Assembly (NCBI GenBank): GCA_964525635.1
Contig: CAZGJX010000039.1
Coordinates: 1 to 34,436, forward strand
DNA length: 34,436 bases
Direction of reading: 5' to 3'
Source: an uncultured archaeon
GTDB lineage: Archaea; Asgardarchaeota; Lokiarchaeia; Sigyniarchaeales; SOKP01
Below, in pieces: positions 10,548 through 19,773 of this stretch (its first letter is position 1; each line of letters opens with the position of its first letter). The notes beneath the pieces are model-generated. The model was not told the DNA's origin. It did no database searches and worked only from the letters and a program-made list of their open reading frames with translations. The position numbers and the translations under genes were made by a program.

Positions 10548-11339
10548 TTGGAAATAAAGAAAGTAATTAATAATGTTCAAGAAATTGATATCTCAGAGCT
10601 AAAAAACAATCTTCAGAGATTTTGTGTTAAAAATAGAATCAATTTTAATAAGGTTAAGGAAATAGGAATTAAAAAAAGTAAAACACTTTTAGAGCAATTT
10701 TTTACGAATCAATTAGAAAGAGACCTGTCAGAAAAAAAATATGAAAATCTCTATCATCTTTTTTGTCATTCTAGTAATCAAGAACAAATAAATGTATTCA
10801 GAAAAATAATTGATTTAATAAAAGTACATCAAAAGAAAAGAAAGCTAAAAATTAAAAGGATTTTAATAATTGGAATAGAGCCATATTGGGATTTTAATGA
10901 TATTTTAAAAGAATATTCAAAAGCGAAGATAATAATAACAGATATTTCAAAAGAGAAATTAAAAAAAGTAAAAAATATATCTCTTCTAAATAAGAATGTT
11001 GAAATAGAACCTCTAAATATCTATAATGGACGTGTTCTTTTCAATTTTGTTATGGAATTTGGTAAATTTAATCTTATAATTGTTTCAAATACATTAAATT
11101 TTGCTCCAAATAAGAAAAAAAGAGAATTAAGTGCTCATTTTATTTATCAACATATATTAAAAAAAAGAGGAATCTTCTCTATTATAGAATTGGATCAATT
11201 TAATCGGTTTAAAAATAAGTTTTTATTAGAAGGAGTAATCCCCCTTTCTGATTCAGTTATTAGATTAAAATCTTCTAAAACAAAAATATCTATTATAAAT
11301 TATTATAAAAATGATATAAACTCATCTTTTAAGGTGTAA
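10548..11339 (+). CDS. Degenerate methyltransferase paralog of 8450..9280
   Basis: Colinear similarity (FC.KN.I...K.IG..KSK.LL..F, ENLY.LF, ITDIS, KF.LII.S...AP, SA.FIY..ILK..G.F.I.E) but GAGTGG replaced by GIEPYW. Confidence 0.75.
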   Translation: MEIKKVINNVQEIDISELKNNLQRFCVKNRINFNKVKEIGIKKSKTLLEQFFTNQLERDLSEKKYENLYHLFCHSSNQEQINVFRKIIDLIKVHQKKRKLKIKRILIIGIEPYWDFNDILKEYSKAKIIITDISKEKLKKVKNISLLNKNVEIEPLNIYNGRVLFNFVMEFGKFNLIIVSNTLNFAPNKKKRELSAHFIYQHILKKRGIFSIIELDQFNRFKNKFLLEGVIPLSDSVIRLKSSKTKISIINYYKNDINSSFKV

Positions 11340-11341
11340 TG

Positions 11342-12886
11342 ATGTCAGGTTTTTTTATCTATTATGAAAAAGAATCCTTAAGTAAGGTAATCAAATCAAA
11401 GCTATAAATATGTTCAGAAAAATTCCATCATAGAGGTAATAAAGTGGTACAAATCTTAGATAGGTTTCCTCTAAAATTAATCTACTATCAGAATAAAAAA
11501 GAATCTAAACATAATCAATTAAAATTATATTTTGACAAAGAACAGGAAAGGATTGTACTTATAGATGGAGATATTTATAATATAAACGAGATAAATAGAA
11601 AATCTCTAAATAATAATCATTCTCTTAGGAAAGAGGATCAATTTCTAAAAGGTGTATTAAATAAGTATATGAATAATGATTTTAATGTTCTTAAGGATTT
11701 GATAAGTAATTTTAATGGTGTTTTATTTAGTGGACGGGATTTAATTGGATTTGTAGATCCGATTGGTACAAAACCACTTTATTTCTGTGAGACAAAAGAA
11801 GTTATGGTTTTTTCATCAGAGATGAATGTACTTTTTCCATTAAAGAAAAAAATAAAATCTATACCTCCAGGATATAATATTTCCTCATCAGGGAATAAAA
11901 GCAGATATTATCAATTCCCTCAATTTATAGAAAATTATAAATTAAATTCTAATTTAGTAAAGAGACTTACTAAACACTTAAACATATTAATAAAAAAAGT
12001 AGTTAAAGAATATATAAATATAAATGAAAGAATAGGTGTTTTATTAACTGGAGGAATCGATTCTACAATAATCTGTCATGTGGTAAAAAATATTGTTGAA
12101 AATATTCATGTTTATACAATTGGTACAGAAGAAAAAACACAAAATTTATTTTATGCTACAAAATACGCAAATTCTCATAATCTTAGACATACTAAAATAG
12201 AAGTTGAAGAAGAAGATATTCTATCCATAATTCCCAACATTATTCATACACTAGAATCTTTTGAAGTTCCATTAGTTAGAAGGGCAATTCCATTGTTTTT
12301 ACTTTGTAAACAAATAAGAGAGGAAAATAATATTGATCTTTTACTCATAGAAGGGGGTGGAGATATATTATTTGGGGGAATTGACCATTTTACTAATTTT
12401 AAATCACATGAAAAATTTAATAAAGAATTGTTTAATCTTTTAGAAGGAAAATATATAAAAGAATTGCATGGAGTAAATAGTATTTCAAATTTCTTTTCAA
12501 TTAAAATAAAAATACCTTTAATCGATAAGAGAATTATAGAATTTTCTTTTAAAATCCCTATCGAATTAAAAATCCTTAAAAAAGAAGGAGTGGGGATTGC
12601 AAAAAAATGGATTTTAAGGAAAGCATTTGAAACAGAAATATCCGAAGAGTATATCTGGAGAAAAAAAAAAACACACCCAAATGTAGAAGAATACCTAGAT
12701 AAATTATTTAATTATATGGAAAAGATCATTTCTGATGATGAATTTGAAGAGAAAAAAAATATAACTCCCTCATTTTCTCTTAATTCTAAAGAAGAATTAT
12801 ATTATTGGAGAATCTTTAATTTAAAATTCCATCCTGCTCTGGAGACAATAAATGAGTTAGGATTTAATAAGGTATATCCGTTTTGA
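11342..12886 (+). pseudogene. Asparagine synthetase B-like amidotransferase, divergent, with in-frame TAA at 11405-11407
   Basis: ATG at 11342 gives MSGFF..., in frame with ORF 11444..12886; HHRG, DPIGTKPLYF, LLTGGIDST, KWILRKAFE motifs; N-terminal nucleophile Cys is Ser. Confidence 0.7.
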
Positions 12887-13470
12887 GTATAGATAATAAA
12901 GAATTTAGATGTATTAAATGTGGTAAATGTTGTAAAGCAGGTTATATTGTTCCTATTCAAAAAATTGATATTAAAAAATGGAAAAATATGGAAAGAAATG
13001 ATTTATTAAATAATATTATGATAAATCCAAAATCTTTCAATATTAAAATAGATGTTAAAATACATTATGGTTCTAGTTCAGAAAAAAAAAAAGCAAATAT
13101 TATTTATCAATCTTATAATAAAAAAAAACAACTCTTAGTTAGATTTATAGAAAATAATCATAGATATTATAGAAAGAAAGAAATTCCTTTATCTTCATAT
13201 AAAAAAACTATTGGTTTTTATAAACAATATTATCCTGTAATAGTTCCAATTGATTTTAATACAGTTATTAATGGTTTGGAATTGGGTATAGAATATATAA
13301 TAAAATTGAATCCAATTGGTCGATGTCCTTTTTTAAGAATAAATCTATGTACAATTCATAAAGTAAAACCAATTGCTTGTAAGAAATTTCCATATGTTAA
13401 GGATAATTGTTTAAGAAATAATTATCAATTCATCTCAATTTATAAAAGAGCAAAAAAATTAAAAAAATAG
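12883..13470 (+). CDS. YkgJ/CxxCxxCC cysteine-cluster protein
   Basis: FRCIKCGKCC...CPFL..NLCTIHKVKPIACKKFP; 4-nt overlap with upstream gene. Confidence 0.85.
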   Translation: MSIDNKEFRCIKCGKCCKAGYIVPIQKIDIKKWKNMERNDLLNNIMINPKSFNIKIDVKIHYGSSSEKKKANIIYQSYNKKKQLLVRFIENNHRYYRKKEIPLSSYKKTIGFYKQYYPVIVPIDFNTVINGLELGIEYIIKLNPIGRCPFLRINLCTIHKVKPIACKKFPYVKDNCLRNNYQFISIYKRAKKLKK

Positions 13471-13748
13471 AATAAAAAAAAAAATTTTAGATTTTTTTTT
13501 CTTAAAATTTATGATGATTACTGAGAATTTATATTATTAATTCTCATTATTTAAAAGATATTTTATTCTCATAGTTCGGTTTCAATCCGATTTTCCATTA
13601 AAAAGAATATATTTTCCATGTAATTATTAATAAGACATTTTATTATAAGAAAATTCTGCTATGAGATATATAAAATTAAATATTATTGATTTGGAGAACT
13701 TTACCTAATGGAATTTAATACCAGAAATAATATCTATCTTCTTTGAAT

Positions 13749-14166
13749 TTAATAAATTCTATCAATTATTCCATCAAAATGATTATCAAATGAAATAATT
13801 GAATTGCATTTTGAAAATTCTTTTAAAAAAATTAATGAGGCATCTACAAAACTAAGAATCTTATTTGAAGATGTATATTTATACATTATTTCAGAGATCT
13901 CTCTATAGTTTTTCTTATTTAAATATATAATAGTGAAGAAACAATCATTACTCCAAAATAAGTGACCTAAATTTCTAATCGCTTCAGAATTTCCTCTTGT
14001 CCGGGCATTTATCAAGGTATATATTTCATTCACGACTAAGCTAGATGTAAAAAATTCATTTTCATCCCACTTGAGTTCTTTAGATAATTCTTTTGCTCTC
14101 TCATGATATTTATCATTTTTTACCTCTAGAGCAAATAAAAATCCTTGTATCTAATAAGATTTTCAT
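13749..14166 (-). pseudogene. vapC: VapC PIN-domain toxin with +1 frameshift near codon 7-8
   Basis: Removing one A gives MKILLDTGFLFALEVKNDKYHERAKEL...TSSLVVNEIYTL...SFVDAS...IISFDNHF, with the PIN acidic residues. Confidence 0.8.
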
Positions 14167-14193
14167 AATGTTTTATAATTATTTAATTAGTAT

Positions 14194-14462
14194 TTAGGGG
14201 ATCCCGTATAATAATTCATCATCAGATTTATCTAAATCATATAATTGATATTCTTTAGCATTGGTTAAAATTCTCTCTATTTTTTCAGAATTTGTTCTTT
14301 TTCAGCAGGATCTTCGTTAATTAATTCATTTAAATGTTCTTTTGAAAATTTTAAGCACTTTTCTAAAATCTCTTCATCAGAAAAGGTCTTGGAATATTGA
14401 TTTTGAATTGCTTCTTTTATCTTTTTTAGAACTTTATTATAATTTTCATTAATACTTTTCAT
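14194..14462 (-). pseudogene. Putative VapB antitoxin, frameshifted in an A-run
   Basis: ORF ends ...EQILKK*; adding one A continues KIERILTNAKEYQLYDLDKSDDELLYGIP*, a DELLYG tail typical of archaeal antitoxins; directly upstream of vapC. Confidence 0.6.
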
Positions 14463-14767
14463 AATAATAATAAAGAAAATCAAAATAATATATCTATTTA
14501 CTCTAAAAGTTACTTTTGCAACTAGTGGTTAATGCAGATTATTTTCTGAGTAAAACTGAATTCTTTTATCATTATATTCGAGAATTTTCTGATAAAATAT
14601 ACAATTTATAAATATTGAAAATTGGGATCAATTGATGTTCTCTTTTTTAAATATTATCTGAAAATTTAATTTTCCTACTAAGATTCGATATATTATGCAT
14701 TAATAATCTTATATATTAATGATATGACTGTTATCATTCATTAGAAGGAGTTTAGCAAAATCTAAAT

Positions 14768-15186
14768 TTCAATTCGATTTTCCATTAAAAAGAATATATT
14801 TTCCATGTAATTATTAATAAGACATTTTATTATAAGAAAATTCTGCTATAAGATATACCACGATAATGATATTTATTACATTTTGAACAATAATATTTTG
14901 TAATCTTAAATTCAACTCTTTTCTGCAATATCAGAATTTATTTATTCAAATCAGTAATATTAGATTTAAAAAGGTAAATTAATTAGATTCTAATTGAAAT
15001 AAAATGAATCCAGAATTCCTCATTATCAAAAGGTACAATTATCGCAGGATATCAATATACTCATAAATATACTTGCAAAAAGAAGAGTATTCCATATCTT
15101 CCTTTAAAAAAGGCTATAGAAAATTATTTTTCACATGAGAAAAATTTCAAAGGAAAATTAAAAACAATTTAGTTAAAAAGTAATTA
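14768..15186 (+). repeat. Mosaic of three direct-repeat fragments copied from ~13581-13670, ~7708-7864 and ~10337-10511
   Basis: Direct sequence comparison by eye; the third piece encodes the AlaDH-like C-terminus. Confidence 0.9.
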
Positions 15187-15357
15187 ATTTTCATTTAATA
15201 TTTGATCTTTATTTTTCAAGTAAACTATACATAACTTAGAGACAAAGGGATTTTCTTGAGTTATTATGATATAATGAATTAATATAATTATTTGGATATT
15301 TTCCTTTTATTGGTATATCTTATTTGAACAATAATGTTATTTATTTCTATATAAGAT

Positions 15358-15567
15358 TTAATTTGAACTTATAAATATACTATTTTTAATTTTGAATTCA
15401 TCAATCTCTATATAATCATCAAATTCTCCATAACTATTAATTGGTATTTTTAATACAATTTTTTGATTATTTAAATAGTAGTTATTGTATAATTCACTAC
15501 TATTTTTATCAAAATCAATGTATTTCTTAATCTCTTCTTCACGTTCATCATACATATATATACTCAT
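15358..15567 (-). CDS. Small acidic hypothetical protein
   Basis: 69-aa ORF, co-oriented downstream of the 54-aa ORF. Confidence 0.45.
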   Translation of the reverse strand: MSIYMYDEREEEIKKYIDFDKNSSELYNNYYLNNQKIVLKIPINSYGEFDDYIEIDEFKIKNSIFISSN

Positions 15568-15598
15568 ATATCACACTTTTTTTTTATTTTTAAATTTA

Positions 15599-15763
15599 TT
15601 ATACCAAATCTAGTAATTCTGATTTTAAAATTTCTTTTTCTTCCATAGTCAGTGAAGAAAAATGTTTTGTCTTTTCTCCTCTAAATAATATTTTTTTTCC
15701 TTTTATGATAGGAATTGAATTTTCTAACTTTGCACTATCTTCAGTTATATCATTATCCTGCAT
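15599..15763 (-). CDS. 54-aa hypothetical protein MQDNDITEDSAKLENSIPIIKGKKILFRGEKTKHFSSLTMEEKEILKSELLDLV
   Basis: Manual translation; GAGGTGA SD; paralog start at 41. Confidence 0.6.
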   Translation of the reverse strand: MQDNDITEDSAKLENSIPIIKGKKILFRGEKTKHFSSLTMEEKEILKSELLDLV

Positions 15764-15864
15764 TTTTATTTCACCTCATTATTTTAATTATCTTTACTAT
15801 AGGTTAATTGTCTATTTTTTCATATCTCATTTTAAATTACTTAATTTTAATTAATTTATAAAAA

Positions 15865-16056
15865 TTAATCATTAAGAACACCAATTCTTTTTGTTTCTTT
15901 AATCGTTGGATGTTCAATAATTTTACTAATTAAATAAGACTCCTTTGTTCTATTATCCAATATTTGTAATGAATTACAAATTCTACATCTAAGTACTTTT
16001 TTTCCATTATTTTTCTTAGGTAGTAACAATCCATCACATTCTTTACAAAACTTAAT
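15865..16056 (-). CDS. 63-aa TFS/RpoM N-terminal-like zinc-ribbon protein (copy 2), probable ATT start
   Basis: IKFCKECDGLLLPKKNNGKKVLRCRICNS...GVLND*; GAGGT SD; frame preserved relative to copy 1. Confidence 0.7.
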   Translation of the reverse strand: MKFCKECDGLLLPKKNNGKKVLRCRICNSLQILDNRTKESYLISKIIEHPTIKETKRIGVLND

Positions 16057-16136
16057 ATTTTTTACCTCTTGTTATTTTTTTTTTTAATTTAGAATAATTA
16101 GAACTCATATGTAATAAAAAAATCATAGTTAATTTA

Positions 16137-16790
16137 TTAGTTCTGAGCATTAATTGACTGAACTTCTTGTTTAAAAATAGAAATTTTATCTAAAGCAGAT
16201 AGATAATAATCCTCTTCAATTGAAGCAATATTGTCTAAAATATTTTTTAATTTTTCTTGTTTTTCTTTTTTAAATACCTTCTTCGATATGCTTAAATTAG
16301 AGTCTTCACATGCTACAATTCTTTTTGCTTCTTCTAATTCTGATTTAACCTTTCTTAATTTATCAGTCTTTTGATTTTCAATAGATTTCGATTTCTCTTT
16401 ATTATAATTGATCTGTGCCTTTTCAAGTATGTGTTGAGCATCTTTTAAACTATTCTTATCATCTTCTAATCTGTTATAAGTTTTTAAAAGTTCTTCTAAT
16501 TGACTTATAAATTTAAATTTTAATTTATCAGCTTTTATTTTTCTGAATTTCTCTATTTCTTCGTAACTATCAGCTAGAATATTTAAAAGATTTTTTAGAG
16601 AATCTTCTTCATTATTTGATAAATTTCTTATTGATTCAACTGTATCTATTGAAATCTCTGCTAAGTCTAATTGAGTATCTAAATAATCTTTGCTATTTTC
16701 TATTAATTCTTCAATTTTATTTTTATTAAAATTAAAAAGATTTTTTATACTTTGAGCAAATAATTTTATTTTACTTTTTATGTTTGTCAT
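16137..16790 (-). CDS. Standalone BAR-domain-like helical protein (copy 2)
   Basis: 217 aa, gap-free alignment to 476..1129; AAGGTGA SD. Confidence 0.6.
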   Translation of the reverse strand: MTNIKSKIKLFAQSIKNLFNFNKNKIEELIENSKDYLDTQLDLAEISIDTVESIRNLSNNEEDSLKNLLNILADSYEEIEKFRKIKADKLKFKFISQLEELLKTYNRLEDDKNSLKDAQHILEKAQINYNKEKSKSIENQKTDKLRKVKSELEEAKRIVACEDSNLSISKKVFKKEKQEKLKNILDNIASIEEDYYLSALDKISIFKQEVQSINAQN

Positions 16791-17096
16791 TTAATTTCAC
16801 CTTATAGATAATTTTATTGATCTCTCATAATAAATATAAGAAATTAATATATTTAAATATTATCATATGCTGATATAGTAATATAATCAACTATATTTTT
16901 TATAATTGAAACTTAATTTCTGCATCAAATATAGTATCTTGAGAATATCTATCAATTTTTTTTAAAAATATAAGTATTTATAAAAAGAGAAAGTTTCAAT
17001 ATTCATAAGAAATAATACAAAATCAGAAACACCTAAGTATCAAATATGTTAATTATCTGATAATAAATATTATATTTAATGATATAGGATTAAAGA

Positions 17097-17663
17097 ATGA
17101 ATTTTGATATATTTGCTTTAATTGTAATTCCATTATTAATTTTTTTTGCTCGAGTTATTGATGTATCCTTACAAACCTTGAGAATTATTTTTACTTCAAA
17201 AGACAGAATATATTTAGCTCCAATAGTGGGATTTTTTGAAGTTCTTATATGGTTAATTGCAATTGGTCAAATATTTAGAAATTTATCATATATAAGTTAT
17301 TATATTGCATATGCGTCTGGATTTGCTGCGGGTAATTTTTGTGGAATTTATTTAGAACGAAAAATTTCAATTGGAATGGTAAGTATTCAACTAATTCTTA
17401 AAAAAAATCCCGAATATCTTTTAACAATGATAAAAAATGCAGGATATATTACAACAGTATTATCTGCTGAAGGAAAAAATGGAAATGTAAAATTAGTCAT
17501 TCTAATTATTAGGCGAAAAAGATTATCAGAAATACTTAATATTATAGAAATACATTATCCAAATGCATTTATTTCGATAGAGCAAGTTCAATCTGTGAGT
17601 GGTGGTGGATTTACTTCAACATTAAGAGGGCGAAGCTATTTTATTCGAAGAAGACGAAAATAA
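17097..17663 (+). CDS. UPF0316 (DUF5698/DUF2179) membrane protein
   Basis: IFFARVIDVSL.TLRIIF, GFFEVLIWL.AI, AYA.GFAAGN..G..LE, P.AFI motifs. Confidence 0.9.
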   Translation: MNFDIFALIVIPLLIFFARVIDVSLQTLRIIFTSKDRIYLAPIVGFFEVLIWLIAIGQIFRNLSYISYYIAYASGFAAGNFCGIYLERKISIGMVSIQLILKKNPEYLLTMIKNAGYITTVLSAEGKNGNVKLVILIIRRKRLSEILNIIEIHYPNAFISIEQVQSVSGGGFTSTLRGRSYFIRRRRK

Positions 17664-17804
17664 AATATCTTCTTCTTAAAATCATTGTATTTTTACTTTT
17701 TAATTATATTTTTAAGATAAAAAATCAATATGAATAAATTGGTATTAATAACAGAAGGAGCAAAATTAGCAGAAATAAAAGCAATCTATATAGAAGCAAG
17801 TATT

Positions 17805-17868
17805 TTTACCATATTCCACTAGAAAGCCATTTCCTTTTAGCCGTGGATGAATAATGGAATATGGTAAA
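17805..17868. mobile_element. Small palindromic element with an IS605-end-like core
   Basis: Perfect 14-bp inverted repeat TTTACCATATTCCA (17805-17818) / TGGAATATGGTAAA (17855-17868) enclosing AAAGCCATTTCCTTTTAGCCGTGGATGA. Confidence 0.55.
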
Positions 17869-18148
17869 TTAATTTCACGATATTAAAGCAATTTTTAAAA
17901 AAAAAAAATTCTTTATCAGATTATGATATTAATAGATTATTTTATTTATTAATTAACTGATAGTTCAATCTTCATACTAATTTATACTTTTATTTATATT
18001 ATTCTCGTCATTTATAAATTATAGTCTTAATCTTGATTATTAGCATAAGTTTTGCAAAATCTAAATTTCACGATGAATCTCTTAAAAAAACCATTATTTA
18101 ATACATATTTCCCCTTATTACTAGTTTATTTTATATTTATGAAATATT

Positions 18149-18436
18149 TTATTTTATAAGTTGATTTAAATTCAATTCTCCCAACATATCTTCTAAGATG
18201 ATTTTTCTCTCACCTGGTGATAACGCAAGCATTTCTCTGATAAATAGCTGCTTTTCTTCTTCTTGCCATTTAAATTGATTTACTTTATCAAAAAAGTCTA
18301 AATCTAATAAAGTTATTTTTATATCTTCTAGTTTCCCTATTTTTTCAAAGAAATTCTTTTCATTTAATATTTGAAGCAGATGATTGTTTCCAAGATTTTT
18401 TCTTTTTTTTAAATTATTAATATTTGAGTTCCTCAT
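18149..18436 (-). CDS. Hypothetical helical protein
   Basis: 95-aa ORF; no recognised family. Confidence 0.55.
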   Translation of the reverse strand: MRNSNINNLKKRKNLGNNHLLQILNEKNFFEKIGKLEDIKITLLDLDFFDKVNQFKWQEEEKQLFIREMLALSPGERKIILEDMLGELNLNQLIK

Positions 18437-19143
18437 ATTATTTCTTCATACTTTTCTTAATCTTCTGATAAACTTCATCTATAATTTGCTCTCTAATAGT
18501 TGATACTTATAATAGCAGCATCTCCAGCCCCAATACCTTAATTATTTAAATATTATCAAGAAAAGATTATGGGTTTTTTATCTTTTGTTAGTTATATTTA
18601 GATATTATAGGATAGATTTCCTATTAATACTAAAAGTAATCATCTTCTATATATAAATCTTCCTAACGAGAGTGTTTTTCTTATTGGTTTAATAAACGGA
18701 TCTAATTATATTAAATAAAATATTACTTTAAACAGATTAGAATAACTATTTCAATAGGTATTTTATCCTATTAACTCTGTATTATTTAAAAGATATTCAA
18801 TAATCTCTAAGATGATCAAAACATTTAGTAACTAATACTAGATTCACGAAAATAATCTCATGCTTAAGCTTAATAACAAAAGTCATCTAAGCTTGCATCA
18901 TTTAATCCTTTTGAAATATTTTATCGATCATTAGTTGTTTATAATAGGATTTCACTTTGTTACCAGACTATTATATATTAATCAATAAATATTATTATAT
19001 TGAGATTGCTACAGAAAGGAATACTTAGTAAAGAAATTAAGTTCAAGAAATCAGTAAATATTTTATATAATCGTAACAATATAATATTGAAATACCTAGC
19101 TATTATTAAATGTGAATTAAAAAGAAATTCAAATTGAGCTATA

Positions 19144-19701
19144 ATGGAAAATTATAATCCAAACTCTAAAAACGTTCAGGTGCTTATTTCAGAGAATGCT
19201 TATCTATCTCTTCTTCGCAATAGTTTAAAATATCGAGTATCAACAGGAAATTTAGCTGGATTCAAAAAAAATAATTTGATTGTTATAGGTAAAGCTAAAC
19301 ATTTTGTTGGTACAAATAAGCTTAATGAAGATATTTCATTTAAAAATGAAGATTATGTTAAATTAATGACTTGGGAAGAAAAATTGTATAACAATGATCC
19401 TCCTCATTATATCGTTGGATGGTATAAAATTTGGAAAGGAGATTTCATACCCCGGGGATATGATATAACAACTCAAATGGGTAAACAAGGGCTTAATCCT
19501 GAAGCATTTATGATAATCTTAAATCCAGATCAAATAACGAATGTAGATCCGGGTCTCAGAATAATCCGATTTAAAGATTTAACAGATCCGAGGGATGTTG
19601 AACTTGAATATCTTGATTTCAAAGTAGTTTTCATTGAGAAAAATAGGAAAATGTCTTATATTGATATTTTAAACAATTATCAAGTTAAAGTAGAGATTTA
19701 A
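19144..19701 (+). CDS. MPN/JAB-domain protein lacking the JAMM metal motif
   Basis: V.ISENAYL.LL..S, G.L.G, YIVGWY, DITTQ...Q.LNPEAFMIILNP follow Rpn11/CSN5/eIF3h-type MPN topology; HSH replaced by KIW. Confidence 0.75.
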   Translation: MENYNPNSKNVQVLISENAYLSLLRNSLKYRVSTGNLAGFKKNNLIVIGKAKHFVGTNKLNEDISFKNEDYVKLMTWEEKLYNNDPPHYIVGWYKIWKGDFIPRGYDITTQMGKQGLNPEAFMIILNPDQITNVDPGLRIIRFKDLTDPRDVELEYLDFKVVFIEKNRKMSYIDILNNYQVKVEI

Positions 19702-19773
19702 GCATACGGAAAAAATTATTCAATGGATAAGGAAAAAATAGGGGATAGATTTTTATTTTTATATATAAGAGTT

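Larger units (their letters stand above)
15723..16930. repeat. Second copy of the cassette at ~1-1260 (direct orientation)
   Basis: 15723-16070 nearly identical to 1-380; BAR-like genes and their upstream regions similar but more diverged. Confidence 0.9.

Noticed and set aside
11405-11407. Stop-codon recoding (Sec/Pyl or alternative code)
   Set aside because: The codon is TAA, which terminates many genes here; a single instance is better explained by mutation or error
8328-13600. GTTTCAATC motifs at ~8328 and ~13579 resembling CRISPR repeat starts
   Set aside because: Isolated, not regularly spaced; no array or cas genes in the window
18437-18540. Minus-strand fragment GIGAGDAAIIS...EQIIDEVYQKIKKSMKK, resembling a DUF3368-type PIN remnant
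   Set aside because: Too short and frame-broken to call
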